A stretch of DNA of 31,692 bases from Nanobdellota archaeon (GTDB lineage: Archaea; Nanobdellota; Nanobdellia; Pacearchaeales; GW2011-AR1), in NCBI GenBank assembly GCA_038044305.1, contig JBBTAF010000012.1:1-31692 (forward strand), given 5' to 3'. A program made the position numbers and the translations under genes. Positions 10,279 through 17,969 of this stretch are shown one piece after another. The first letter of the stretch is position 1; every line of letters starts with the position of its first letter. The notes beneath the pieces were generated by a model. It ran no database searches. It was not told the origin of the DNA and saw only the letters and a list, made by a program, of their open reading frames with translations.

Positions 10279-10372
10279 TTAAAAATCTTCCTCAGAAGAT
10301 TTTAAACATCAAAAACTTTTAGTTTTTGTGGCTTAAAAGTTCCCGAAGGAACTTTTAAATAAACCCATTTCC
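10279..10372. repeat. Tandem hairpin array, copy 2 (three stem-loops)
   Basis: 94 nt identical to 5234-5328 except the last loop region (GTTC-CC-GAAGGAAC vs GTTC-TAA-GAAGGAAC); same orientation, upstream of a plus-strand gene. Confidence 0.9.
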
Positions 10373-10379
10373 ATTAATA

Positions 10380-12293
10380 ATGGATAACAAAATGGGAGGA
10401 TATGAAAGTTTTTATGGCAGTTCAAACTATGGACTTAAGTCTAACTATGGAAATCCAATTAGTAACTATACTCCAGCAGGAAGTATTAATCTAGCATTAG
10501 ATCCCAGAACAGCCAATCAACTCAAAGAAGTATCTAAAAACCTTAACGCTGGAGCAAAATCTATGGAAGTTCAGCTAACTTTTCCACAAGTAGCAGAATC
10601 AATTCCAGATTCTCACTTAGAAGAAATAAACAGATTAAGAAAATTAACCAATATTGACCTTACTTTACACGGTCCACTTGTTGATCCAACTGGATTTACT
10701 GGAGAAGGAAATTTCGATCCAATAAAACAAAAACAAGCAGAAAGACAAATGTGGAATGCTGTGCAAAGAGCAACAAAGATTAATCCAGATGGAAATGTTA
10801 TTGTCACTCTTCACTCAAGCAATGGAATGCACGAGCCAGAAACAAGATATTGGGATGAAAAGAAAAATAAACATGTAGTTTCAAACATTGCAGTAGTAGA
10901 TGAAAGAACAGGACAAATTGGACAATTGCCACCAACAAATGCAGACTACTTATTAGAACAAGAAAAAGTAGCCGAAAAAGAAGGAAAGTCAGTAGCAGAA
11001 TTAAGCCTAGAAAAAAGAAACAGAGAAATCTGGCTAGACCAACTTTCTGGATTAAATCTGGAATTGCAAAGAGCAAAAGAAGTTTTGGATAGAAGAATCA
11101 TGACTCCAGAAGGAAAAATAGTAAAAATGGGAGGAGATGAAGGACAAAAAAATGCACTAGAAATGTTTAAGTTACATAAAGAAGGAAAAGGAGAAGAAAT
11201 AGAAAAGGTAGCTTTAGAATTAGCTAAAAAGTTCCCAGAAGAGATTAAACAAAAAGAGATACTAGAAAACACAAAAGAACAAATAGAAAACCTAGAACGT
11301 GCAGACATTTACATAAGACACTCATTCAATCAATTCAAAGAGTTATATAACAGAGCATATGGTGCAATTGAAAAAGATAAAAATGAACTAGACAAAGAAA
11401 AAATGGAAAACATAAAAAATAAAATAACAAAAGCAGTTGATACCAAAACAGGATATCTAAAGGACCCTTCTGAACTAATAAAATTTGCAGATACTTTAAC
11501 TGAAAGTATACAAACAATGAATTCAATCACGGAACCAAAAATGTTCAAGCAACTAAAAGAATTTGCCATTGAAAAATCAGCAGAAACATTCAGTAACATT
11601 GCTCTAAATGCATACAAAGAATTTAAAGATAAAGCACCAATTCTAAGTATAGAAAATCCACCAGTAGGAATGGGATTAAGTAGAGCTGAAGAACTGTCTA
11701 CATTAATAGAAGAATCGAGAGAACAATTCAAAATAAAACTTATAAAAGAAGGACTAAGTGAATCAGAAGCAAAAAAACAATCTGAAAAATTAATTGGAGC
11801 CACATGGGATGTAGGTCATATCAATATGCTTAGAAAATATGGATATGGAAATAAACAACTTCAAGAACAAGCAAAAATAATTGCTCCCTTTGTAAACAAG
11901 ATTCACCTTTCTGATAATTTTGGATATGAACATACTGAACTTCCAATGGGAATGGGAAATGTTCCTATGGCGGAACACCTAGAAGAACTTAAAAAAGCTC
12001 ATGGAGAAAAAATGAAAGAAATTAAGCAAGTCATAGAAACTGGAAACTGGTATCAGCATTTTCAAACTAATCCATTTGTAGAAACTCTTGCAGCATTTGG
12101 TTCTCCAATATACGGAGCAGGAAGCCAGCAATGGAACCAAGTAGCAAATGGATTTGCAGGTTATTTTTCAGGATACGGATTAAACCCAGACGTCCATCAT
12201 TCATTATATGGTGCAGGATTTGCAAATCTTCCAGCAGAATTAGGTGGCCAAATGCAAGGAAGAAGTAGACTTTCAGGTGCACCAATAGAATAA
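10380..12293 (+). CDS. Xylose isomerase-like/AP endonuclease 2 TIM-barrel protein with a large helical insertion
   Basis: Metal-ligand-like motifs LTLHGP, VTLHSS, LSIENPP, TWDVGHINM, IHLSDN, HTELPMGMGN; about 250-aa Lys/Glu-rich insert between TLHSS and IENP. Confidence 0.7.
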   Translation: MDNKMGGYESFYGSSNYGLKSNYGNPISNYTPAGSINLALDPRTANQLKEVSKNLNAGAKSMEVQLTFPQVAESIPDSHLEEINRLRKLTNIDLTLHGPLVDPTGFTGEGNFDPIKQKQAERQMWNAVQRATKINPDGNVIVTLHSSNGMHEPETRYWDEKKNKHVVSNIAVVDERTGQIGQLPPTNADYLLEQEKVAEKEGKSVAELSLEKRNREIWLDQLSGLNLELQRAKEVLDRRIMTPEGKIVKMGGDEGQKNALEMFKLHKEGKGEEIEKVALELAKKFPEEIKQKEILENTKEQIENLERADIYIRHSFNQFKELYNRAYGAIEKDKNELDKEKMENIKNKITKAVDTKTGYLKDPSELIKFADTLTESIQTMNSITEPKMFKQLKEFAIEKSAETFSNIALNAYKEFKDKAPILSIENPPVGMGLSRAEELSTLIEESREQFKIKLIKEGLSESEAKKQSEKLIGATWDVGHINMLRKYGYGNKQLQEQAKIIAPFVNKIHLSDNFGYEHTELPMGMGNVPMAEHLEELKKAHGEKMKEIKQVIETGNWYQHFQTNPFVETLAAFGSPIYGAGSQQWNQVANGFAGYFSGYGLNPDVHHSLYGAGFANLPAELGGQMQGRSRLSGAPIE

Positions 12294-12344
12294 TATATAT
12301 TCTGATACAGATATATCTTTAAATGAATATCAATTTGATAAAAA

Positions 12345-12671
12345 ATGGTTGAATTCAACGTAACAGAAGGAAAAACTCTCTATAAAGAAGGAAAAATAGA
12401 AGTCAGATATTTCAAAAATTCATTTGATGAACATAATGTTTGGATAGATAATACTTGTTTCTTACTTCAAAGAGGATGTTTAGAAGAATTTGCGCTAAAA
12501 ACTCATTCAGCAAGATTAGAGCAATGTTTGAGAACTTATGATGAAACTCTTCCCTATATACTTAGAGAAAATAAAATTTCTCCAGAAACATTTGCATTAA
12601 TTCTGGCTAGAGCAAAAATAAGTGAATTAGAAGTAGAATTAAGAGATGCAAGAAGTGAAAAAACAAGTTAA
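12345..12671 (+). CDS. Hypothetical protein
   Basis: 108-aa ORF with TATA-like TTTAAAT upstream. Confidence 0.65.
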   Translation: MVEFNVTEGKTLYKEGKIEVRYFKNSFDEHNVWIDNTCFLLQRGCLEEFALKTHSARLEQCLRTYDETLPYILRENKISPETFALILARAKISELEVELRDARSEKTS

Positions 12672-12754
12672 GTAAAGGTTCATAAAAACAAACTAAAATT
12701 AATTTTTACATAAGAAGATTTAAATAACTAACTGTGTATCTCTTACTGTATTCA

Positions 12755-13597
12755 ATGGAATCAAAAAAACAGGTGAAGAAAAAAACACAGAATGTTATAG
12801 AAAAACCTTCTGTGTTTGAAAATGAAAGAGAAATGGCTTTAGATTTCGCTATGAAAGTTCAGCAGAAGTTTGATAAAATAATTAAAGCAGTAGTTTTATT
12901 CGGCTCGCAAACAAAAAACGAGTCCCTCCCTGGTTCAGATATAGATTTAGTAATCATTATTGATGATGCATCCATACAGTGGGATATGGAATTAATAGCA
13001 TGGTATAGAGAAGAATTAGGAAAATTAATTCAAAACTCAAAATACGAAAAGGAACTCCATGTAAATACTATAAAATTGACCACTTGGTGGAATGACTTAA
13101 TGTATGGAGACCCTGTAATAATTAACATTCTAAGATATGGTGATGTGTTAGTCGATTATGCGGGATTTTTTAATCCGCTAAAAATACTTCTTCAAGAAGG
13201 AAAAATAAAATCAACCCATGAAGCAGTTTATGTAGCTCTTGAAAGATCTCCGAATCATCTTCTAAGAAGCAAGATTTCAAAAATAGGAAGTATAGATGGA
13301 ATATTTTGGAGTATGGTAGATTCAGCTCAGGCAGCATTAATGACAGTAGGAAAACTTCCGCCAAGTACAGAACATATTCCTGGAATGCTTCGAGAAACTT
13401 TTGTTCAAAAAGGAATGTTAAAAGAAAGCTATGCAGATGCTCTTAGAGACCTTTATGCAATTCATAGAGGAATAAATCATGGAAAAATACATGACATTCC
13501 AGGAAAAGATATTGACGAATGGTATAAAGTAGCCGATTCATTTTTGAACGAGATGTCTAGAATAATCAATACAATAATAGAATCTCAAAAGAAATAG
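12755..13597 (+). CDS. Minimal nucleotidyltransferase (MNT) fused to a HEPN-like helical domain
   Basis: VVLFGSQ...SDIDLVIIIDD Pol-beta NTase signature; C-terminal SAQAALM...HIPGMLRETFV typical of HEPN. ATG 12755 preferred over the track's GTG 12734. Confidence 0.75.
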   Translation: MESKKQVKKKTQNVIEKPSVFENEREMALDFAMKVQQKFDKIIKAVVLFGSQTKNESLPGSDIDLVIIIDDASIQWDMELIAWYREELGKLIQNSKYEKELHVNTIKLTTWWNDLMYGDPVIINILRYGDVLVDYAGFFNPLKILLQEGKIKSTHEAVYVALERSPNHLLRSKISKIGSIDGIFWSMVDSAQAALMTVGKLPPSTEHIPGMLRETFVQKGMLKESYADALRDLYAIHRGINHGKIHDIPGKDIDEWYKVADSFLNEMSRIINTIIESQKK

Positions 13598-13608
13598 AAA
13601 TAATTTTA

Positions 13609-14490
13609 TTATTGCTGTTTCAATGCTGAATAAGCCAGTCTAATTGCCGTCTCTTCAAGTTTTGAATTTCCACTATCTGCCATTTCATGAACAGCTCCTG
13701 CAACTATTTCTCTCACCTTATCTAGATAGTCCTCTCCAACTTGTTCTTTCAAAACCTCATTAGTATGTGATTTAACTGCACTCAATGCATTTTCATAATC
13801 TTTAGAACTTAATTCTCTAACCATCGTAGATGCTACTTTTGATACTGCAGAAATAGTTGCTTCGTTATAGTTTTTCCCTGAACCTCTTAAAGACTTAACA
13901 TATTTAGACATTCTATCATTCTGAACATGTTCCAAATAAGGAACAATAACCTTTTCCTCTTCTTTATTAAGACGTTGACCTGCCTTAACTTTTTCCAATA
14001 GAACGTCTGCCTGTAGTATCATCCTATACGCATCCACAAGAGGTCTATGTTCATGACTAATTCTTTCACTAACCTCTTTGCTCAAAGCAAGAGCCTCCAA
14101 ACCCTTAGCAAACTTTCCACCTTCTTTCAAAACCTCGTCCGATTTACCTGCCAAAGTAATCGCAGCATCACTTTTAGATGTTAAATATCTTGATTCAAAT
14201 CCTGCTGTAATTATTTCATTTCTCTTTGATTCAGGAAGACTAGCAATATATTGATTTCTTTTTTCTTGATCCCAATTATCCCAATCATTAGCTCCAGTAC
14301 CTAAAATTGCTTCACTAACTCCTAGAGGTTCAGTAAGTAATCCCTCTAAAGAATACGCCTGTCTATTATTAAACGCTTTAGCTCCATGTACTGAGCTTGA
14401 TAATGCTTCCTTAATTTGATCTCCAATTAAATAAATTTCTGCTCTTTTAAGAAAATTTTCTCTCTCATTAATAGATTGTCCATCTGTCAT
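13609..14490 (-). CDS. Hypothetical alpha-helical protein
   Basis: 293-aa ORF; AGAAAGATTTAAATA promoter-like sequence about 21 nt upstream. Confidence 0.75.
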   Translation of the reverse strand: MTDGQSINERENFLKRAEIYLIGDQIKEALSSSVHGAKAFNNRQAYSLEGLLTEPLGVSEAILGTGANDWDNWDQEKRNQYIASLPESKRNEIITAGFESRYLTSKSDAAITLAGKSDEVLKEGGKFAKGLEALALSKEVSERISHEHRPLVDAYRMILQADVLLEKVKAGQRLNKEEEKVIVPYLEHVQNDRMSKYVKSLRGSGKNYNEATISAVSKVASTMVRELSSKDYENALSAVKSHTNEVLKEQVGEDYLDKVREIVAGAVHEMADSGNSKLEETAIRLAYSALKQQ

Positions 14491-14597
14491 AATTTTTATA
14501 GCCCTAAAGAGTATTTAAATCTTTCTATTGTATTAACTATAGTGTAGTAACATAATTCTATATCTGCAAATTCGATTATAAAAATCGTTCTTTCAGT

Positions 14598-14729
14598 CTA
14601 ACAAAAGTCAAATCCCAACACTATCTTTATGAAATCTTCAATTTCCGTTATTCTGTCTTTATTTAATGAAACCTGTAATCCGTAGCTAGTGGGTTTTGTT
14701 ATAAGAAGTCCTGCTTTAATCAATTGATC
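14598..14729 (-). pseudogene. 3' remnant of a small conserved DPANN-type (winged-helix-like) gene
   Basis: Hand translation gives DQLIKAGLLITKPTSYGLQVSLNKDRITEIEDFIKIVLGFDFC*. An in-frame TAA lies a few codons upstream and there is no ATG. Family resemblance is from memory. Confidence 0.55.
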
Positions 14730-14783
14730 CGAGAGAATGTCGCATTATCGGGCGGTAAATTAGGTGTCGCATGACGGGAGTTA

Positions 14784-15143
14784 TTAATACAATTGAGCAA
14801 ATTCAGGTTCAAAACGCCCCATCTTCAACTCATCTACAACTTTTTCCATTTTTGACAAATGACTGCCAATATGATTAGTTAAAATTCTGTAATGTTCAAC
14901 TTCCCTTTCATCAAATTGCTTTTTGTTATTATCATAATATTTTTGTTCTTCTGATAAATCATCAGCAAGAGGAAATGAGCTTTCTTGACTAAATCTTCTT
15001 AGATAATTTCTGCATGATTGAGCATTTACCCTAATTTCTTTTTGAGCTAAATCAATAATTCTCGTATCGCTACTCAATTTAGGTAATTCTTCTAATAATC
15101 CTTTCTCTTTGTCTTCTAAGGTTTTAAGCCATTGTTCTAACAT
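14784..15143 (-). CDS. Hypothetical helical protein
   Basis: 119-aa ORF with AAAGTTTAAAAA promoter-like sequence upstream; lacks recognisable Avd motifs. Confidence 0.7.
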   Translation of the reverse strand: MLEQWLKTLEDKEKGLLEELPKLSSDTRIIDLAQKEIRVNAQSCRNYLRRFSQESSFPLADDLSEEQKYYDNNKKQFDEREVEHYRILTNHIGSHLSKMEKVVDELKMGRFEPEFAQLY

Positions 15144-15185
15144 ACAATTTTAAGAATATAGCCTATTTTTAAACTTTATTGATAA

Positions 15186-15335
15186 AATCTTATTGATAAC
15201 AAAATCGTAATTAAAACCAGAAGAGTTGGAAAATCAGACTTATTCAAACTTAACACTAACAACCCTGCAGTAAAACAATTAATAAAACTTGATTGGAATT
15301 TGATTAAAGGTTCAGAACAAGAAGTTTATGCTTAA
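15186..15335 (+). pseudogene. 3' remnant of a winged-HTH regulator gene
   Basis: Hand translation gives NLIDNKIVIKTRRVGKSDLFKLNTNNPAVKQLIKLDWNLIKGSEQEVYA* (recognition-helix end plus beta-wing); preceded by in-frame TAA at 15183-15185, no start codon. Confidence 0.6.
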
Positions 15336-15364
15336 CTAAAAATATTCTCCCTAATTTCTTCTAA

Positions 15365-15835
15365 TTAAATAGCCAAGAAGTTCAAAACTCCTGCAAACGT
15401 AACCCATAACAAATAAGGAACTAACATCCATGCAGCCTTTCTATCCAATCTCCATGCTAAGGAAATAGCCCAAACTATCGAGATGTCTAACAAAACAATG
15501 TCTATAAATGCAATAGCTGAATTCTGTAGCCCAAAGAAAAAGAAGCTCCATAATGCATTCAAAACCAAATTAAACCCAAACAAAACTCCAACTGCTCTTC
15601 TTTGTTTCATGCTATAGGCACTACTCCAACAAAAATAAAGAGAAAATGCAATTAAAATAAAAAGTATAGTCCATACGGGACCAAAAACCCAATCAGGTGG
15701 AGTAATAGAAGGTTTAACACCTAGATACCAATCACCCTTCACGCCAGAACCAGTAAAAATGCTTCCAAACGCTGAAACACCTATCATAATAGCAAAGCAT
15801 ATTGTAAGTAACCCTCTATTCCACTCTCGCTTCAT
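15365..15835 (-). CDS. tspO: TspO/MBR tryptophan-rich sensory protein
   Basis: WY..VKPSITPPDWVFGPVWTIL, LNALWSFFFFG, LVPYLLWVTFA. Confidence 0.92.
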   Translation of the reverse strand: MKREWNRGLLTICFAIMIGVSAFGSIFTGSGVKGDWYLGVKPSITPPDWVFGPVWTILFILIAFSLYFCWSSAYSMKQRRAVGVLFGFNLVLNALWSFFFFGLQNSAIAFIDIVLLDISIVWAISLAWRLDRKAAWMLVPYLLWVTFAGVLNFLAI

Positions 15836-15915
15836 CTAATAAAAAGAGACAGGAAGATTATAAACTTAACTCTCCATATCAAAACACTTAAAACCCATTT
15901 AAACAATCATAATAT

Positions 15916-16551
15916 ATGGAAAATAAAAAGAAGAGGATAATTATTTCTGCACTAATATCATTAATTATTTTTGTCGCACTAACCATTGCAGTGATTCAAC
16001 AAAATTCAACAATGAACAGTATAGATCTTTCAATTCAACAAAAAGTTTCAACAATAAGAACAAGTTCGGGAATATCTTTCTTTCAAACTCTCACTACAAT
16101 ACTAAATCCGGAAACACTAATAGCTATATTAGCTCTAATGGGATTTTATTTTTATTACAAAAAAAAGAACAAACTTGCAGGATTTCTAATTCTCGGAGCA
16201 GGATTAAGTTTTATAATCAAAGAACTTCTTAGTCTTTTGATTCAAAGAACTAGACCAATTCCTTATTTCATTGATGCTATTAGCTTTAGTTTTCCAAGCG
16301 GTCATGCAATAGGAGCAACGGTCTTTTTCCTAATTCTCTTTTTCATTCTAAGACCTAAAATTAAATCCAAACTCTCTAGAACTCTAATTCTCATGATTTC
16401 TATAATCATATTTTTATTAGCCTCGTTTGCAAGAATCTACCTAAATGTCCACTGGTTCTCAGATGTCCTTGCTAGCATCTTTCTAGGCACATTTGTAATT
16501 TGTCTTTCGTGGTTGATAGTCACAAGAAATAAATATAGTTCTTTGAATTAG
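15916..16551 (+). CDS. PAP2-family membrane phosphatase
   Basis: C1 K...RTRP, C2 SFPSGHA, C3 ARIYLNVHWFSDV; multiple TM helices. Confidence 0.92.
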   Translation: MENKKKRIIISALISLIIFVALTIAVIQQNSTMNSIDLSIQQKVSTIRTSSGISFFQTLTTILNPETLIAILALMGFYFYYKKKNKLAGFLILGAGLSFIIKELLSLLIQRTRPIPYFIDAISFSFPSGHAIGATVFFLILFFILRPKIKSKLSRTLILMISIIIFLLASFARIYLNVHWFSDVLASIFLGTFVICLSWLIVTRNKYSSLN

Positions 16552-16564
16552 TTATAAAAAGCTA

Positions 16565-17611
16565 CTATATCTTGCTCCATAAAACATCTATAATTTTTCT
16601 TTTTACTTTCTCACGTAACTTGTATGTATTTCCCCAAATTGCATAGGCTTGCCAACCTTGATAAGACTCATGTATACTATCAAAATTTAGAACTCCTTTT
16701 TCATAAAGTTCAATTTTCCTAAACATTGATTTATAATTCCTTTTTCTCAAGAGTCTTCTGTGATTAAAATTTCTAAAACCTACGAAATCAACTCCTCTTG
16801 AAAGAGAAATAACTCTGGATTTATTAGGATGCAATTCAATTTTTAAATTTTCTTTTAAGAAACCCTCAATTTGTTTTTTCCAAACTTTTAGTTGTTTTTC
16901 AGACTTATGAAAGATAACAAAATCATCAACATATCTGATATAATATTTTACTTTTAGAGTGTGTTTGACAAAGTAATCTAACTCGTTGAGATAGACATTA
17001 GCAAAAAATTGAGAAGTATAATTTCCCAAAGGCATTCCCTTAACTCGTTCTCCCCCCTCCTCCGAAATATTAGTCTGATTATTTAGAATCTGTTTGATGA
17101 GCCAAATAACCTCTTCATCTGCTATTTTCTTTCTCAAAATATTAATTAGAATTTCATGATCAATTTCTTGAAAGTAGTGCTTTATGTCTGCCTTAAAACA
17201 AAAAGCTCCTTGAGAAAAATTTTGGGTAACTTTTCTCTGAAACTTCCTAAATCTCTTCAAAGCGAATGTCGTTCCTTTTCTCATTTGATTAGCACAAGAG
17301 TCATATATAAACAACTTTTCCAAAAAAGGCTTAATTACATTGATTAAAGCATGATGAACTATTCTATCTCTAAAATCTGATTTAGAAATAACCCTAGTTT
17401 TAGGGTCTCTTAGAACAAATGTATTCAATGGGCGAGGTTTGTATGTCTTATTAGTTAATTCATAATGTAAATCTAATAAATTCTTTTCAGAATCCTTACA
17501 AAACTCAATCACATCTTCTCTGCCAGTTTTATCCTTTTTTGCTTTTCTCAATGCAATAAACAAATTTCCCATTGATGCTAGAAAATAATATAATTTATTA
17601 TAGGTTTTCAT
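16565..17611 (-). CDS. DGR reverse transcriptase
   Basis: RDRIVHHAL, ADIKHYF, GMPLGNYTSQFFANVYL, YIRYVDDFV, DFVGF; 348 aa with no maturase or endonuclease extension; adjacent to TR. Confidence 0.96.
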   Translation of the reverse strand: MKTYNKLYYFLASMGNLFIALRKAKKDKTGREDVIEFCKDSEKNLLDLHYELTNKTYKPRPLNTFVLRDPKTRVISKSDFRDRIVHHALINVIKPFLEKLFIYDSCANQMRKGTTFALKRFRKFQRKVTQNFSQGAFCFKADIKHYFQEIDHEILINILRKKIADEEVIWLIKQILNNQTNISEEGGERVKGMPLGNYTSQFFANVYLNELDYFVKHTLKVKYYIRYVDDFVIFHKSEKQLKVWKKQIEGFLKENLKIELHPNKSRVISLSRGVDFVGFRNFNHRRLLRKRNYKSMFRKIELYEKGVLNFDSIHESYQGWQAYAIWGNTYKLREKVKRKIIDVLWSKI

Positions 17612-17639
17612 TGTGAATCAATCATGCATGATTTTAGAG

Positions 17640-17724
17640 CTATTTGACCATTCGAGTTCGAGTTAGCAAGATTCTCGTTGTTCGAGTTAACATTGAGGTT
17701 CCTGTTCAAATACAACCTCGATAG
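17640..17724 (-). ncRNA. DGR template repeat (TR)
   Basis: 85-nt ungapped match to 18026-18110 and 20871-20955, with 15 mismatches, all at TR adenines (coding sense). Reads LSRLYLNRNLNVNSNNENLANSNSNGQI in the VR frame, with 10 AAY codons. Confidence 0.95.
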
Positions 17725-17969
17725 GATAGCCTTTTACTTTTCATGTCACCATCACTTCAGGTTTCATATTTCTATTACTATCTGTTGCGATTGTATTTTA
17801 TAGCTTAAATTAAGCCATAAGCAAAGGGCGTGTAGCTCAATCAAATATACGTGCATGATTGAGAATTTTAATTAAAAATACGCTCTTTTATTAATTTCGT
17901 TGAACGAATATGCCCTATTGAAACATACTATTTTCAAGTTCGCTTTTCATCTTTTCCTACCTTCTCTTC

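Noticed and set aside
14512-14541. 25/30-nt match to the ATPase promoter (23068-23097) as evidence of a dedicated regulon
   Set aside because: Most of the match is the general BRE-TATA consensus, also seen near 5156 and 2995; the residual 8-nt match is too weak in AT-rich DNA.
14730-14790. Integron attC or Xer dif site
   Set aside because: TAAC follows the stop codon but there is no matching GTTRRRY end; only one dif-like arm matches, and weakly.
14784-15143. 119-aa helical ORF as the missing Avd
   Set aside because: The size fits, but I see no Avd-like motifs, and it is separated from the RT by tspO and PAP2 genes.
16565-17611. RT as a group II intron, retron or Abi RT
   Set aside because: No maturase or endonuclease domain and no intron RNA; the adenine-specific TR/VR pair identifies it as a DGR RT.
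17826-17900. Complete tRNA gene
   Set aside because: Only the first 17 nt fit; there is no anticodon arm, T-loop or matching acceptor 3' strand.
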